A stretch of DNA of 64,000 bases from an uncultured Alphaproteobacteria bacterium (GTDB lineage Bacteria > Pseudomonadota > Alphaproteobacteria > Rhizobiales > Hyphomicrobiaceae): assembly GCA_963750715.1 (NCBI GenBank), contig CAVVRP010000012.1, forward strand, positions 659,956-723,955, in the 5' to 3' direction. How positions within the stretch are numbered: the stretch's first letter is position 1; every line of letters begins with the position of its first letter. Position numbers and translations under genes: made by a program. The notes under the pieces were generated by a model. It saw only the letters and a list, made by a program, of their open reading frames with translations. It was not told where the DNA came from and made no database searches. Below are positions 10,717 through 21,652 of the stretch, piece by piece.

Positions 10717-10998
10717 TCACGGATAGGGCGGCGAAGCGCCGGGCGCGGTGGAGACCGGCACGTTCGGGGCGATCAATTCGCTCTGCAGCGCATACCAGAC
10801 GACGGCAAAAGCCACCGCAGCAATGGCTGTGTTGATGGCGAAAATCCGGACGAGCATGAACCGCGTCGGCGCGCTCGCGGGCGTGCCGGGGACGATATCA
10901 CCGTCCTCCTCCTGCGTGCGAACGCCGAAGGGAAGGACGGCGAATAGCGTCAACCACCAGATCATGAAGTAGAGGGCGACGGCGAACGCGATGGTCAA
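10717..10998 (-). CDS. DUF1467-family small membrane protein
   Basis: 93 aa with two TM segments (ALYFMIWWLTLFAVLPFG, INTAIAAVAFAVVWYAL). The position immediately after mce is as I recall it in Rhizobiales. Confidence 0.75.
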   Translation of the reverse strand: MTIAFAVALYFMIWWLTLFAVLPFGVRTQEEDGDIVPGTPASAPTRFMLVRIFAINTAIAAVAFAVVWYALQSELIAPNVPVSTAPGASPPYP

Positions 10999-11074
10999 TG
11001 GCTGGGTCCTATCATCCGGGTTCCTGGCTTTACGCGGATGCCGGCGGTACGGACCGGCCCACAGTGCGCGTCAC

Positions 11075-11479
11075 TCAGGCCTGTTCCAACTCGGTCAGCG
11101 TTCCAAGAAAATCCTTGGGATGTAGGAAAAGAACCGGCTTGCCGTGCGCGCCGATCTTCGGATTCCCATCTCCCAAAACGCGCGCGCCCTGGGCCTTCAG
11201 CTGATCGCGAGCGGCGATGATATCGTCGACCTCGTAGCAGACGTGATGGATCCCGCCGTCCGGGTTCTTTTCCAAGAACTTGGCGATGGGCGAATTGCCG
11301 CCGAGCGGCTCGAGAAACTCGATTTTCGTGTTGGGCAGAGTCACAAACACGACCGTGACGCCGTGGTCGGGCTCCGCCTGCGGCTCGGAAATCACGGCTC
11401 CCAAAGCCTTGCGGTAGGTCGCAACCGCCGCGTTGAGATCCTTGACCGCGATTGCAACGTGATTGAGACGCCCAATCAT
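11075..11479 (-). CDS. mce: Methylmalonyl-CoA epimerase (VOC/glyoxalase fold)
   Basis: 134 aa: MIGRLNHVAIAVKDL...GGIHHVCYEVDDI...VLFLHPKDFLGTLTELEQ. Matches the epimerase family in size and motifs. Confidence 0.88.
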   Translation of the reverse strand: MIGRLNHVAIAVKDLNAAVATYRKALGAVISEPQAEPDHGVTVVFVTLPNTKIEFLEPLGGNSPIAKFLEKNPDGGIHHVCYEVDDIIAARDQLKAQGARVLGDGNPKIGAHGKPVLFLHPKDFLGTLTELEQA

Positions 11480-11542
11480 CTGTACTCCTCGTGAAAGTGC
11501 CGCCGTTGTCTTGGGGGTTCTAGCGTGCGGCTGACGCCAAAA

Positions 11543-13258
11543 CTAGCCCCGTTCCTCGACCACGGTCAGCATGACCTTCGTTACCGGCTTCTTACCCCAG
11601 GCATTGGCGATGGCCGACCGGACAGCCCGTCGCACAGCCTCCTGCACCATTCCGGCATCGCGGCGGCGGACCGCGGGGATGCTTTTCCATGTGCCTTCGA
11701 TGGCATCTAAAACGATATCGTCCATCGATTCACCATCCGCATCCTCGACCGGAATGCCATCGAGATCGAACAAAGGCTCGGCCAGTAGTTCGCCCCGGCT
11801 CGACATCACGAGGCTCACAGTTGCAATGCCGGACATCGCAAGCTTGCGCCGTTCGCGAACCGGGCCTTCGGCGTCGGGGATCAGCAGGCGTCCGTCACGG
11901 AACAGGCGACCTACGGGCGCGTCATCGACGATCCGCGCGTCACCCGGCGCGATCCTGACGATCTCGCCGTTGAAAGCGATGACCACCTGCGCAACACCCG
12001 CCTCGCGGGCGAGCGCCGCATTGGCGGATAGGTGGCGGGCCTCGCCATGCATCGGAACGGCGATGCGAGGTTTCAACCAGGCGTACATCTGGCGCAATTC
12101 ATCGCGCCGCGGGTGACCGGTGACATGGACCAGCGCCTCATTGTCCGTCAACACCGTGCAGCCGATCCTGATAAGACTGTTCTGTATAGCGCTGATGGCC
12201 TTCTCGTTGCCGGGGATGGCGCGTGAGGAAAAAATGACGACATCGCCCTTCGTCACGGCGATGTCGGGATGTTCCATCTCGGCGATCCGTGCGATTGCCG
12301 CGCGCGGCTCACCCTGGCTGCCAGTCGACAGGCACACGAGGTCGCTGCGATCGACGTATTTGAATTCCTGCTGGTCGAGGTAGGTGAAGCTCTGCGGCAG
12401 GTAGCCCGTCTCGATCGCGACGTCGATGACGCGGTGCAGGGCGCGGCCGGCGACCACGAGCTTACGGCCGGCGGCGCGAGCCGCCTGCGCCACTGCGCGC
12501 ACCCGCGCCACGTTCGACGCGAACGTCGTCACGATGACGCGGTTCTGTGCGCCCTTGATGATGGTTTCGATGGACTTGGCGACCTCCGACTCGGACGGAG
12601 AATGGCCATCGCGCATGGCGTTCGTGGAATCGCACACGAGCGCCAAAACGCCCTCCTCGCCCAGCGCCTTGAGCTTGGCCTCGTCGGACGGCTTTCCGAC
12701 GAAGGGGGCTGAATCGAGCTTCCAGTCGGCAGTGTGGAAAATGAGACCGAATCGGGTGCGCAAGGCGAGGCCACTCGTCTCGGGGATGGAGTGGGACATG
12801 TTGACGAACTCGACGTCGAACGAGCCGATCTTGATGCGCCCGCCAAGCGGAACAATGGTGATGGGGATGTCGAGCTTGCCGCCGATCTCGGCGAGCTTTG
12901 CCTTCAGCATGCCGGCGGTAAAGGGTGTCGCGTAGACGGGGACCTTGAGACGCGGCCACAGATCAATGACCGCGCCGATGTGATCCTCGTGCGCGTGCGT
13001 GATGACAATGCCCGACAGCGAGTTTCGGTTTTCTTCGATGAAGCGGATGTCGGGAAGGATAACATCCACGCCGGGATCGTTCTCGCCCTCGGGAAACGTA
13101 ATGCCCAGATCGACTAGCAGCCATTCGCGGCCGTCGGGCGGGCCGACGCCGTAGAGGTAGGCGTTCATGCCCACCTCGCCGAGTCCGCCGAGTGCCAGTA
13201 ACACCAGTTCGTCCCCGGTTGCCGCGCGCGCTTTTCTCGTTGGTGACTTGTTTGCCAT
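11543..13258 (-). CDS. rnj: Ribonuclease J (metallo-beta-lactamase/beta-CASP)
   Basis: GGLGEVGMN, the HAHEDHIG metal motif and the beta-CASP region. 571 aa. Confidence 0.9.
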   Translation of the reverse strand: MANKSPTRKARAATGDELVLLALGGLGEVGMNAYLYGVGPPDGREWLLVDLGITFPEGENDPGVDVILPDIRFIEENRNSLSGIVITHAHEDHIGAVIDLWPRLKVPVYATPFTAGMLKAKLAEIGGKLDIPITIVPLGGRIKIGSFDVEFVNMSHSIPETSGLALRTRFGLIFHTADWKLDSAPFVGKPSDEAKLKALGEEGVLALVCDSTNAMRDGHSPSESEVAKSIETIIKGAQNRVIVTTFASNVARVRAVAQAARAAGRKLVVAGRALHRVIDVAIETGYLPQSFTYLDQQEFKYVDRSDLVCLSTGSQGEPRAAIARIAEMEHPDIAVTKGDVVIFSSRAIPGNEKAISAIQNSLIRIGCTVLTDNEALVHVTGHPRRDELRQMYAWLKPRIAVPMHGEARHLSANAALAREAGVAQVVIAFNGEIVRIAPGDARIVDDAPVGRLFRDGRLLIPDAEGPVRERRKLAMSGIATVSLVMSSRGELLAEPLFDLDGIPVEDADGESMDDIVLDAIEGTWKSIPAVRRRDAGMVQEAVRRAVRSAIANAWGKKPVTKVMLTVVEERG

Positions 13259-13290
13259 GTGACGCGCTTCAGCCCCTCGATAGTCAGATC

Positions 13291-14079
13291 TCAGCCTACG
13301 AGGGAAACATCGCCGTGAGTGACGGCGCGCTGCTCACCATTCGCATCGACGATCAGAAGCGATCCGTCAGGTCCCAGACCGCCGAATGTACCGGCGACTG
13401 TGCCCTGGCCCGTATTCACGCGCAGATGTTCGCCGAGGCGACCACCACGCTCGAGCCAAGCCGCCCTGACAGCATGAAATCCGGGACCCTCGTTCCAAAC
13501 CGTCAACCAGTTCTGCATGGAAGCAGCCAGAAATGCCAGCATTTCGAGCGGCTGAATTGTCTCACCGAATCGGGCGAGATGGGCTACAGGCCGGTCGAGC
13601 CCCTTAGGCTCGCTGGTGAGGTTGAGGCCAATTCCCGTAACGGCGAGCAGGGCGGCAGAACCGGCCTGCGCAGAGCTTTCGATCAGAATGCCGCCGACCT
13701 TTTCTGCGGCGATCAGAACGTCGTTCGGCCATTTGAGTCGCAGAGCCGCGTCGTCTGGAAGAACACCCGATGCTCGAATTGCGTCGAACAGCGCGACGCC
13801 GGCCACCAGCGCCAGCTCATTCGCCTTGGGCGCCGGCGCAGTCAGGCGCGTGAGCAGGCTGGCGTGAAGATTACCGGGCGCCGACGTCCACGCCCTCCCC
13901 GACCGACCGCGACCGGCCGTCTGCAAATCGGCGAGCACCCACAGACCGCTCGCCTCACCCATCAGGCCGAGCCGCATCGCCTCGGCGTTCGTCGAGGCGG
14001 TCTCGGCCAGATGCACAAGCCTGCAATCCATGGGCAAGGATGTCATGCCGACTCCGCAGTGCAACGTCCCATCAGCCAA
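13291..14079 (-). CDS. birA: Biotin--[acetyl-CoA-carboxylase] ligase
   Basis: GRGRSGRAW biotin-binding motif. The start is uncertain: 14079 overlaps the nuoN stop by 8 nt, with alternatives at 14043 or 14028. Confidence 0.85.
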   Translation of the reverse strand: MADGTLHCGVGMTSLPMDCRLVHLAETASTNAEAMRLGLMGEASGLWVLADLQTAGRGRSGRAWTSAPGNLHASLLTRLTAPAPKANELALVAGVALFDAIRASGVLPDDAALRLKWPNDVLIAAEKVGGILIESSAQAGSAALLAVTGIGLNLTSEPKGLDRPVAHLARFGETIQPLEMLAFLAASMQNWLTVWNEGPGFHAVRAAWLERGGRLGEHLRVNTGQGTVAGTFGGLGPDGSLLIVDANGEQRAVTHGDVSLVG

Positions 14080-15517
14080 GCGACTTGGCGGCAGCGGACG
14101 CCGCTTCGATCAGCGGTGCGGGATACACGATGAACAGGACGACGAAACCCCCCGCCAGCCACATGACCACGGAGGTATTGCGGTCGGCCGGCAGGAACGT
14201 CTCGCGCGGATCATCCATGTACATAATCTTGACGATGCGCAGATAATAGAATGCGCTGACCACGCTCGCCAGAACTCCGATGATGGCGAGCGGATAGAGT
14301 CCTGCCTGGATGGCCGCCCCGAACACGTAGAACTTGGACCAAAACCCAGCGAGCGGTGGAATGCCCGCGAGCGAAAACAGCAGCGCGCCGAAAATGGCCG
14401 CCATGATGGGGCTGTTCTGACCGAGCCCCGCCAGCTCGTTGATATCCTCGACCATCCCGTCCTTGCGGCGCATCGCGAGGACGCAGGCAAACGAACCGAG
14501 CGTCATGACCAGGTAGATCGCCAGGTAGATCAGTACCGACTTTACGCCTTCCTCGGTGCCGGCAGCCAGCCCGACCAGAGCGAAGCCTACATGCCCGATG
14601 GACGAGTAGGCCATCAGCCGCTTGATGTTGGTCTGACCGATGGCCGCGACCGAGCCGAGGATCATTGATGCGATAGAGAGGAACGTGATGATCTGTTGCC
14701 ACTGAACGGTGATGCCGCCGAACGCGTCCATCAGCACGCGGGTCAGCAGCGCCATGGCTGCCACCTTCGGCGCAGCCGCAAAGAAGGCCGTCACCGGTGT
14801 CGGCGCGCCTTCATAGACGTCCGGCGTCCACATATGGAACGGGACAGCGGAAATCTTGAACGCGAGCCCGACGAGAAGGAAAACTAGTCCGATCACGAGG
14901 CCGATGCTTTCGATGCCGAGCTGACCCTTGGCGGTGCTCGCGATCGCCAGAAAACCGGTCGAGCCCGTGAAGCCATAGATGAGGGACGCGCCATAGAGCA
15001 GCATGCCCGACGACAACGCCCCGAGCACGAAGTATTTCAGACCGGCTTCGCTCGACCGCAGCTCGTCGCGGCGGACGGCGGCGAGAACGTACAGCGCGAG
15101 GCTCATAAGTTCGAGACCGAGGTAGAGGGCGATCAGATCGTTCGCCGACACCATCATCATCATGCCGGCCGTCGCCAACAGCACGAGCACGGGAATTTCG
15201 AATTTCAGAATCTTGGTCCGCCTAAAGAATGCGAACGACAGAACTAGTGCGACAGCCGAGCCGGTCAGGACGAGGAGCTTGACGAAGCGCGCGAACCCAT
15301 CGGCGATGAAGGCGCCATCGAAAAGCGTCGTGGTCTCCCCTCCCATCCGCACCAGAACAACGGCGGCGACGGCGAGCACCAGTATGGCAAGCCAGCCCGC
15401 ACTTTCTCCGGCGTCATTGTCGTCCGTCCAGAACACCCCGTACATCAAGAGCACCATCGCGCCGACGGCGACGACGATCTCAGGCAGGAGTGGGGCGTAC
15501 ATCTGAAGGTCGATCAT
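14072..15517 (-). CDS. nuoN: NADH-quinone oxidoreductase subunit N
   Basis: 481-aa polytopic antiporter-like protein. It is the last gene of the nuo cluster. Confidence 0.93.
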   Translation of the reverse strand: MIDLQMYAPLLPEIVVAVGAMVLLMYGVFWTDDNDAGESAGWLAILVLAVAAVVLVRMGGETTTLFDGAFIADGFARFVKLLVLTGSAVALVLSFAFFRRTKILKFEIPVLVLLATAGMMMMVSANDLIALYLGLELMSLALYVLAAVRRDELRSSEAGLKYFVLGALSSGMLLYGASLIYGFTGSTGFLAIASTAKGQLGIESIGLVIGLVFLLVGLAFKISAVPFHMWTPDVYEGAPTPVTAFFAAAPKVAAMALLTRVLMDAFGGITVQWQQIITFLSIASMILGSVAAIGQTNIKRLMAYSSIGHVGFALVGLAAGTEEGVKSVLIYLAIYLVMTLGSFACVLAMRRKDGMVEDINELAGLGQNSPIMAAIFGALLFSLAGIPPLAGFWSKFYVFGAAIQAGLYPLAIIGVLASVVSAFYYLRIVKIMYMDDPRETFLPADRNTSVVMWLAGGFVVLFIVYPAPLIEAASAAAKSLG

Positions 15518-15530
15518 GGTTGCATTTGCC

Positions 15531-17027
15531 TCACGGAACCGCCGCCGTCGCGGTGCGAACCGCGGTTTCGTAATTGGTGACGAGGGTCTGCACCGAGCGC
15601 GCGGTCACGTCGAGAATTGGCGCAGGGTAGAACCCCAGGAGAATGGTCAAAATTACGAGAGGCGCCAAGATGGCGATTTCGCGCGGCGACATGTCGGGGA
15701 GCATCTTGAGTGCCGGCTTCTCAAGCGCCCCGAAAATGACGCGCTGGTAGAGGTAGAGCGCATATACCGCCGACAGGACGACACCCGTCGTGGCGAAGAA
15801 TGCGACCCAGGTGTTGACCTTGAATGCACCGAGAAGCGTAAGGAACTCACCGACGAACCCGCTCGTGCCGGGCAGCCCGACATTGGCCATGGTGAAAACC
15901 ATGAAGCAGGCGGCGTAGATCGGCATGCGTTCGGCCAATCCGCCGTAGGCTGCGATCTCACGCGTGTGCATGCGGTCGTAGACGACGCCGACACAAAGGA
16001 ATAACGCCGCCGAAACAATGCCGTGCGAGAGCATCTGGAAGATCGCCCCGTCGAGCCCCTGTGTCGTCATGGTGAATATGCCCATCGTGACGAAGCCCAT
16101 GTGCGCCACAGACGAATAGGCGATCAGCTTCTTCATGTCCTCCTGCGCCAGCGCCACCAACGAGGTGTAGATGATGGCCACGACCGACAGCGAGAAGACG
16201 AGCGGCGCCAATTCCTGGCTGGCGATCGGGAACATCGGAATCGAGAATCGCAGGAAGCCGTAACCGCCCATTTTCAGCAGGATTGCCGCCAGAATAACCG
16301 AACCAGCCGTCGGCGCTTCGACGTGTGCGTCCGGCAGCCATGTGTGCACAGGCCACATCGGCATCTTCACGGCGAACGAGGCGAAGAAGGCAAGCCACAG
16401 CCACCACTGCATGTCGGGCGGGAACTTCATGGTCATCAAAGACGCCACGTCCGTCGTCCCGGCATGCCAGTACATCGCCAGCATCGCGAGCAGCATCAGC
16501 ACGGACCCGAGCAGGGTGTAGAGGAAAAACTTGAAACTGGCATAAACTCGCCGTTTGCCACCCCACACGCCGATGATGAGGAACATCGGAATGAGGCCGG
16601 CTTCGAAGAACAGGTAGAACAGCACGAGATCCAGCGCGCAGAAAACGCCGATCATGAGCGTTTCCAGAACCAAGAACGCGATCATGTATTCCTTGACACG
16701 ATCCTCGATGCTTTCCCAGCTCGCAAGAATGCAGATCGGCATCAGGAACGTGGTCAGAATCACGAACAGCATCGAGATACCATCGACGCCCATCCTGTAC
16801 TTGATGGGACCAAGCCAGGCAGCCTCTTCGACGAACTGGAATGCTGCGGTTGACTTGTCGAAGTTGATCCAGATCAGCAGCGACACCGCGAACGTGACGA
16901 GAGTCGTCCACAGCGCGACCCAGCGGATATTGCCGACGGCCTCGCGCGGCAGGAATGCGATGAACAACGCTCCGACCAGAGGCAGGAATGTGATGATCGA
17001 CAGGATTGGCGTATTGGCGATGTTCAC
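15531..17027 (-). CDS. nuoM: NADH-quinone oxidoreductase subunit M
   Basis: Antiporter-like subunit. The GTG start at 17025-17027 overlaps the nuoL TGA (GTGA). The track ORF's extra 67 N-terminal codons are Arg-rich noise that overlaps nuoL. Confidence 0.92.
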   Translation of the reverse strand: MNIANTPILSIITFLPLVGALFIAFLPREAVGNIRWVALWTTLVTFAVSLLIWINFDKSTAAFQFVEEAAWLGPIKYRMGVDGISMLFVILTTFLMPICILASWESIEDRVKEYMIAFLVLETLMIGVFCALDLVLFYLFFEAGLIPMFLIIGVWGGKRRVYASFKFFLYTLLGSVLMLLAMLAMYWHAGTTDVASLMTMKFPPDMQWWLWLAFFASFAVKMPMWPVHTWLPDAHVEAPTAGSVILAAILLKMGGYGFLRFSIPMFPIASQELAPLVFSLSVVAIIYTSLVALAQEDMKKLIAYSSVAHMGFVTMGIFTMTTQGLDGAIFQMLSHGIVSAALFLCVGVVYDRMHTREIAAYGGLAERMPIYAACFMVFTMANVGLPGTSGFVGEFLTLLGAFKVNTWVAFFATTGVVLSAVYALYLYQRVIFGALEKPALKMLPDMSPREIAILAPLVILTILLGFYPAPILDVTARSVQTLVTNYETAVRTATAAVP

Positions 17028-18973
17028 GTCGGCAGCCCTCCGGCGACCATGAACCAGGTGACGAGGGCGGCCACTCCAATCAGCATGGCGAAGGCATAGT
17101 GATAGACATAGCCGGTCTGCCACTTGACGACCTTGCCGGTCGTCCAGGCGACGCTGCGTGCGGTTCCGTCGATCGTGGCGTCGATCACCGCGCCATCGAC
17201 GCCCTTCCACAGCGCTCGGCCTATCCATGCCGCGGGCTTCACGAATAGCCAGTCATAAAGTTCGTCGAAGTACCACTTGTTGAGCAGGAACAGATACAGT
17301 GGGCGCAGCGCGGACGCGGTCGCCTCGGGCAGCCAAGGCGCCTGGATGTAGTAAACGTAGGCAATCACAAAGCCGGTGATCATCGCGATGGTCGGAGCGA
17401 ACACGACCCAGTCTGGCACCTCATGCATGTGATGCAGGATGTCCTTGCCGGGCAGTTCGAAGAGTGCCGCGCCCCAGAACTCGTCGTGGGCCTCCCCGAT
17501 GAAGTACGGCTTGAACACGTTACCGGCGAGCACGGCCCCAGCCGCCAGCACAAACAGCGGAACCAGCATCACCATCGGGCTTTCGTGAGCGTGCTTGTAG
17601 GTGTCGGAGTTGGCGCGGGTCTTGCCCTCGAAGGTCATGAACATCAAACGCCACGAATAGAAGGACGTCATCAACGCCGCCACGGTCAACAGCCAGAACG
17701 CATAGTTGCCATCCGTGTGGCCAGCGTAGGCGGCCTCCACGATGGCGTCTTTCGAGTAGAAGCCTGCGAAGCCCGCCAGATGCGGGATGCCGACGCCCGT
17801 CAGAGCCAGCGTGCCGATCAACATCATCGCCCAGGTAACGGGGATCTTCTTGCGCAGGTCGCCCATGTTGCGCATGTCCTGCTCGTGGTGCATCGCGTGG
17901 ATCACGGAGCCAGCGCCCAGGAACAGCAGCGCCTTGAAGAAGGCATGCGTGAACAGATGGAAGATACCGGCCGTGTACGCGCCGACGCCGCAAGCGACGA
18001 ACATATAGCCAAGCTGCGAGCACGTCGAATAGGCGATCACCCGCTTGATGTCGTTCTGCACCAGGCCGACGGTCGCTGCGAAAAATGCTGTGATGGCACC
18101 GACGAGCGTCACGACCTCGAGCGCGGTGGGGGCCAGTTCGAACAGGGGAGACAGGCGCGCCACCATGAACACGCCGGCCGTCACCATTGTGGCTGCGTGG
18201 ATGAGCGCAGACACGGGCGTCGGGCCTTCCATGGCGTCCGGCAGCCACGTGTGAAGCAGGAACTGCGCCGACTTGCCCATCGCGCCCATGAACAGCAACA
18301 GGCATAGCGTCGTCAGGATGTCGACGTCGTAACCGAGGAAGTTCATCGTCCTGCCCTGCATTTCGGGCGCGAGACGGAAGACCTCGTCGAGGCTGATGGT
18401 CTTAAAGACGTAGAACATACCAAAGACGCCGAGCGCGAAGCCGAAGTCGCCGACACGGTTGACGACGAACGCCTTGACGGCGGCGGCATTGGCTTCCGGC
18501 TTCTTGTACCAGAAGCCGATCAGCAGGTAGCTCGCGAGGCCCACGCCTTCCCAGCCGAAGAACATTTGCAGAAGGTTGTCGCTCGTAACCAGCATCAGCA
18601 TGGCGAACGTGAACAGCGACAGGTACGAGAAGAACCGGGCCCGGCTGTCGTCCTCGTGCATGTAGCCGATCGAATAGATGTGAACGAGCGACGACACCGT
18701 GGTCACGACGACCAGCATGACGGCGGTGAGCGTGTCGATGCGCAGAGCCCAGCCGGCATCGAGTTCGCCGGAAACAATCCACTTCAGAATCGGCACGTGT
18801 GCCGTCTCGTGACCGAACCCGACGCGCGCGAACACGATCCACGACAGCACGGCGGCCGTCGCCAGCAGGCCCGTGGTGATGATCTCGGACGGCCGAGGTC
18901 CGATGACCCTCCCGAACAGCCCGGCGATCAGCGCGCCAATAAGCGGCAGGAAGACGATAGCGGTGTAGATCAT
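17024..18973 (-). CDS. nuoL: NADH-quinone oxidoreductase subunit L
   Basis: 649 aa. Antiporter-like core plus a C-terminal lateral-helix region. Confidence 0.94.
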   Translation of the reverse strand: MIYTAIVFLPLIGALIAGLFGRVIGPRPSEIITTGLLATAAVLSWIVFARVGFGHETAHVPILKWIVSGELDAGWALRIDTLTAVMLVVVTTVSSLVHIYSIGYMHEDDSRARFFSYLSLFTFAMLMLVTSDNLLQMFFGWEGVGLASYLLIGFWYKKPEANAAAVKAFVVNRVGDFGFALGVFGMFYVFKTISLDEVFRLAPEMQGRTMNFLGYDVDILTTLCLLLFMGAMGKSAQFLLHTWLPDAMEGPTPVSALIHAATMVTAGVFMVARLSPLFELAPTALEVVTLVGAITAFFAATVGLVQNDIKRVIAYSTCSQLGYMFVACGVGAYTAGIFHLFTHAFFKALLFLGAGSVIHAMHHEQDMRNMGDLRKKIPVTWAMMLIGTLALTGVGIPHLAGFAGFYSKDAIVEAAYAGHTDGNYAFWLLTVAALMTSFYSWRLMFMTFEGKTRANSDTYKHAHESPMVMLVPLFVLAAGAVLAGNVFKPYFIGEAHDEFWGAALFELPGKDILHHMHEVPDWVVFAPTIAMITGFVIAYVYYIQAPWLPEATASALRPLYLFLLNKWYFDELYDWLFVKPAAWIGRALWKGVDGAVIDATIDGTARSVAWTTGKVVKWQTGYVYHYAFAMLIGVAALVTWFMVAGGLPT

Positions 18974-18980
18974 CCCCGCC

Positions 18981-19289
18981 TTACCCCTTCATCATGTTGA
19001 TGTCTTCAACCGCGATGGAGCCGCGGTTGCGGAAATAGACGACGACGATGGCGAGACCGATGGCGGCTTCGGCGGCGGCGACCGTCAGCACAAACATCGC
19101 GAAAACCTGACCCGTCAGGTCGCCGAGAAAATGCGAGAACGCGACGAAGTTGATGTTGACGGCCAGCAGCATCAACTCGACCGACATCAAGATGATGATG
19201 ACGTTCTTGCGGTTAAGGAAGATGCCGAAGATGCCGAGGGTGAATAGGCACGCCGCAAGTGTCAGATAATTTCCAAGACCGATTTCCAT
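18981..19289 (-). CDS. nuoK: NADH-quinone oxidoreductase subunit K
   Basis: 102 aa with 3 TM segments. Conserved E in the TM helices ([12 protein letters not shown]..., [11 protein letters not shown]). Confidence 0.93.
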   Translation of the reverse strand: MEIGLGNYLTLAACLFTLGIFGIFLNRKNVIIILMSVELMLLAVNINFVAFSHFLGDLTGQVFAMFVLTVAAAEAAIGLAIVVVYFRNRGSIAVEDINMMKG

Positions 19290-19292
19290 GAC

Positions 19293-19925
19293 CTATCCCC
19301 GCCCCTCGCTCGACGGCACGACCGCTTGCCCCGGCGCGACTTTCACAACCTCGACCGCGGTTGCCGGACCGCGCGCGACCTGCGCCGAGATCGACTGGCG
19401 CTTGACGCCCTCGCGCCGCCGCAGCGTTAGAACGATTGCGCCGACCATGGCGACGAGCAAGACGAGCGCGGACGCCTGGAAGAAGAACACGTACTTCGTG
19501 TAGAGCACCTGCCCGATCGCGGCGGTGTTCGAGATACCCTCCGGGATTTTGGTCGCCGGAGATCCAGTGACACCGGCCGTGAACCCGCGTGCAAGGAACA
19601 ACAGAACGAGTTCCGCCAGCACGACGCCGCCGACGAGCAGCCCAACCGGGGCATTGTTTATGAAACCGGCCTTCAGTTCGGCGAAGTCGACGTCGAGCAT
19701 CATGACGACGAACAGGAACAGCACCGCCACCGCGCCGACGTAGACGATGACCAGCAGCATCGCCAGGAATTCGGCGCTGAGAAGGATGAAGATGCCAGCG
19801 GCATTGAAGAACGTCAGAATCAGGAAAAGCACAGCGTGCACAGGGTTCTTGGCGATGATTACCATCGCCGCCGACACGACGGCCAACGTCGCGAACAGGT
19901 AGAAAAAGACTGGCGTCAGCGTCAT
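19293..19925 (-). CDS. nuoJ: NADH-quinone oxidoreductase subunit J
   Basis: 210 aa. N-terminal TM bundle typical of NuoJ/ND6. Confidence 0.9.
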   Translation of the reverse strand: MTLTPVFFYLFATLAVVSAAMVIIAKNPVHAVLFLILTFFNAAGIFILLSAEFLAMLLVIVYVGAVAVLFLFVVMMLDVDFAELKAGFINNAPVGLLVGGVVLAELVLLFLARGFTAGVTGSPATKIPEGISNTAAIGQVLYTKYVFFFQASALVLLVAMVGAIVLTLRRREGVKRQSISAQVARGPATAVEVVKVAPGQAVVPSSEGRG

Positions 19926-20089
19926 CTGTCCCTCATCAATTCTACTCGCCCCGCAGCCTCACGCCGAAAGGCGCGCCTGCGGCATGACGAGAGAGCGGGT
20001 TGAGCGGCGGCAGTTCGGTCGCGTCACGTGGCCGCCACTCATCCCCGGCCCTCTTCCCATCGATGCGGCGATGGGCGAAGGGCCTCGTG

Positions 20090-20578
20090 CTACTTGTAGT
20101 TCGCATCGAGCGCGAGGTTCTTCGCGATCTCGCGTTCCCAGCGGTCGCCGTTCGCCAGCAACCGGTCCTTGTCGTAGAACAATTCCTCGCGCGTCTCGGT
20201 TGCGAACTCGAAATTCGGCCCCTCGACGATGGCATCCACGGGGCACGCTTCCTGGCACAGCCCACAATAGATGCACTTCGTCATGTCGATGTCGTAGCGG
20301 GTCGTACGCCGCGTGCCGTCGTTGCGGCGAGGCCCAGCCTCGATGGTGATCGCCTGAGCCGGGCAGATCGCCTCACACAGTTTGCAGGCGATGCAGCGTT
20401 CCTCGCCGTTGGGATATCGGCGCAGCGCGTGCTCGCCGCGAAAACGCGGCGACAGCGGCCCCTTCTCGAACGGGTAGTTCAGCGTCTTCTTCGGCGCGAA
20501 AAAGTAGCGCATCGACAGGAAGAAGGCCGACACGAACTCCGCGAGGAACAGCGACTTGATGCCCGACATGGCACTCAT
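20090..20578 (-). CDS. nuoI: NADH-quinone oxidoreductase subunit I (2x[4Fe-4S])
   Basis: [12 protein letters not shown] and [12 protein letters not shown] ferredoxin motifs. Only the last 162 codons of the 402-aa track ORF are NuoI. The ATG at 20576-20578 overlaps the nuoH stop (ATGA). Confidence 0.93.
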   Translation of the reverse strand: MSAMSGIKSLFLAEFVSAFFLSMRYFFAPKKTLNYPFEKGPLSPRFRGEHALRRYPNGEERCIACKLCEAICPAQAITIEAGPRRNDGTRRTTRYDIDMTKCIYCGLCQEACPVDAIVEGPNFEFATETREELFYDKDRLLANGDRWEREIAKNLALDANYK

Positions 20579-21642
20579 GCCAATCCTCCAAAATGCAAAA
20601 CGCTGGCGACAATCACGACCATGATCAGCGACAGCGGCAGGAACACCTTCCAGCCAAGCCGCATCAACTGGTCGTAGCGGTAGCGCGGCACCATCGCCTT
20701 CACCATCGCAAACATGAAGAACACGAACGTGACCTTCAGCACGAACCAGACGATGCCCGGCACGACATTGAGCGGCCAGATATCGAGCGGCGGCAGCCAG
20801 CCGCCGAGAAACAGGATGGTCGTCAGGGCGCACATGGTGGTGATAGCCACGTACTCGCCGAGCATGAAGAGCAGATACGGGGTGGAGGCGTATTCCACCA
20901 TGAACCCCGCGACGAGTTCGGATTCGGCTTCGACGAGATCGAACGGCGGCCGGTTCGTCTCGGCCAGCGCCGAAATGAAGAACACGACGAACATCGGGAA
21001 CAGCACCAGCCAGTGCCAGTCGAGCACGGATGCAGGGAGACCACCGGCCGTTCCGATGCCGGTCTTCTGGGCGTTGACGATATCGGTCATGTTGAGCGAG
21101 CCGACGAGCAGCAGCACCGTGATGACGACGAGCCCGATCGAGACTTCGTAGGATACCATCTGCGCCGCCGAGCGGAGCGAGCCCATGAACGGGTATTTCG
21201 AGTTGGAAGCCCAGCCGCCCATGATCACGCCGTAGACGGCGAGCGAGGAGATCGCGAGCAGATACAGCACGCCGACGTTGAGATCGGCGACGACCCACTT
21301 GCCCCAGCTATCCTCGTTCATCGGGATGACGGCCCAGGCAGCCAGGGCAAATGTTGCCGTGGCGAGCGGCGCCAGCAGGAATACGCCTTTGTCGGCACCC
21401 GCCGGAATGAGCGGCTCCTTGACGGCGAACTTGAGCAGATCCGCGAACGACTGCAGCAGGCCGAACGGACCGACGACGTTGGGGCCGCGCCGCATCTGAA
21501 CGGCTGCCCACACTTTCCGGTCCATCAGCAGAAGGAAGGCAACGACGATCAGAAGGCCGAGCAGCACAGCAAGGCTGCCAGCCACCGTCAGGCCGAGCCA
21601 GATGGCGCTGTGCCAGAGCGTGCTTATGCCGTCGTTCATCAT
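20575..21642 (-). CDS. nuoH: NADH-quinone oxidoreductase subunit H
   Basis: 355-aa polytopic protein with conserved NuoH/ND1 blocks ([24 protein letters not shown]). Confidence 0.94.
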   Translation of the reverse strand: MMNDGISTLWHSAIWLGLTVAGSLAVLLGLLIVVAFLLLMDRKVWAAVQMRRGPNVVGPFGLLQSFADLLKFAVKEPLIPAGADKGVFLLAPLATATFALAAWAVIPMNEDSWGKWVVADLNVGVLYLLAISSLAVYGVIMGGWASNSKYPFMGSLRSAAQMVSYEVSIGLVVITVLLLVGSLNMTDIVNAQKTGIGTAGGLPASVLDWHWLVLFPMFVVFFISALAETNRPPFDLVEAESELVAGFMVEYASTPYLLFMLGEYVAITTMCALTTILFLGGWLPPLDIWPLNVVPGIVWFVLKVTFVFFMFAMVKAMVPRYRYDQLMRLGWKVFLPLSLIMVVIVASVLHFGGLA

Positions 21643-21652
21643 GCCCTGCCTG

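Noticed and set aside
15958-17079. 373-aa minus-strand ORF, plus the 276-aa plus-strand ORF at 16023..16853
   Set aside because: These are an alternative frame and the antisense strand of nuoM. Their Arg/His-rich composition contrasts with the clean polytopic NuoM sequence in the chosen frame.
20579-21298. N-terminal 240 codons of the 402-aa ORF that contains nuoI
   Set aside because: This part overlaps nuoH in another frame and is Arg-rich nonsense. NuoI starts at the ATG that overlaps the nuoH stop.
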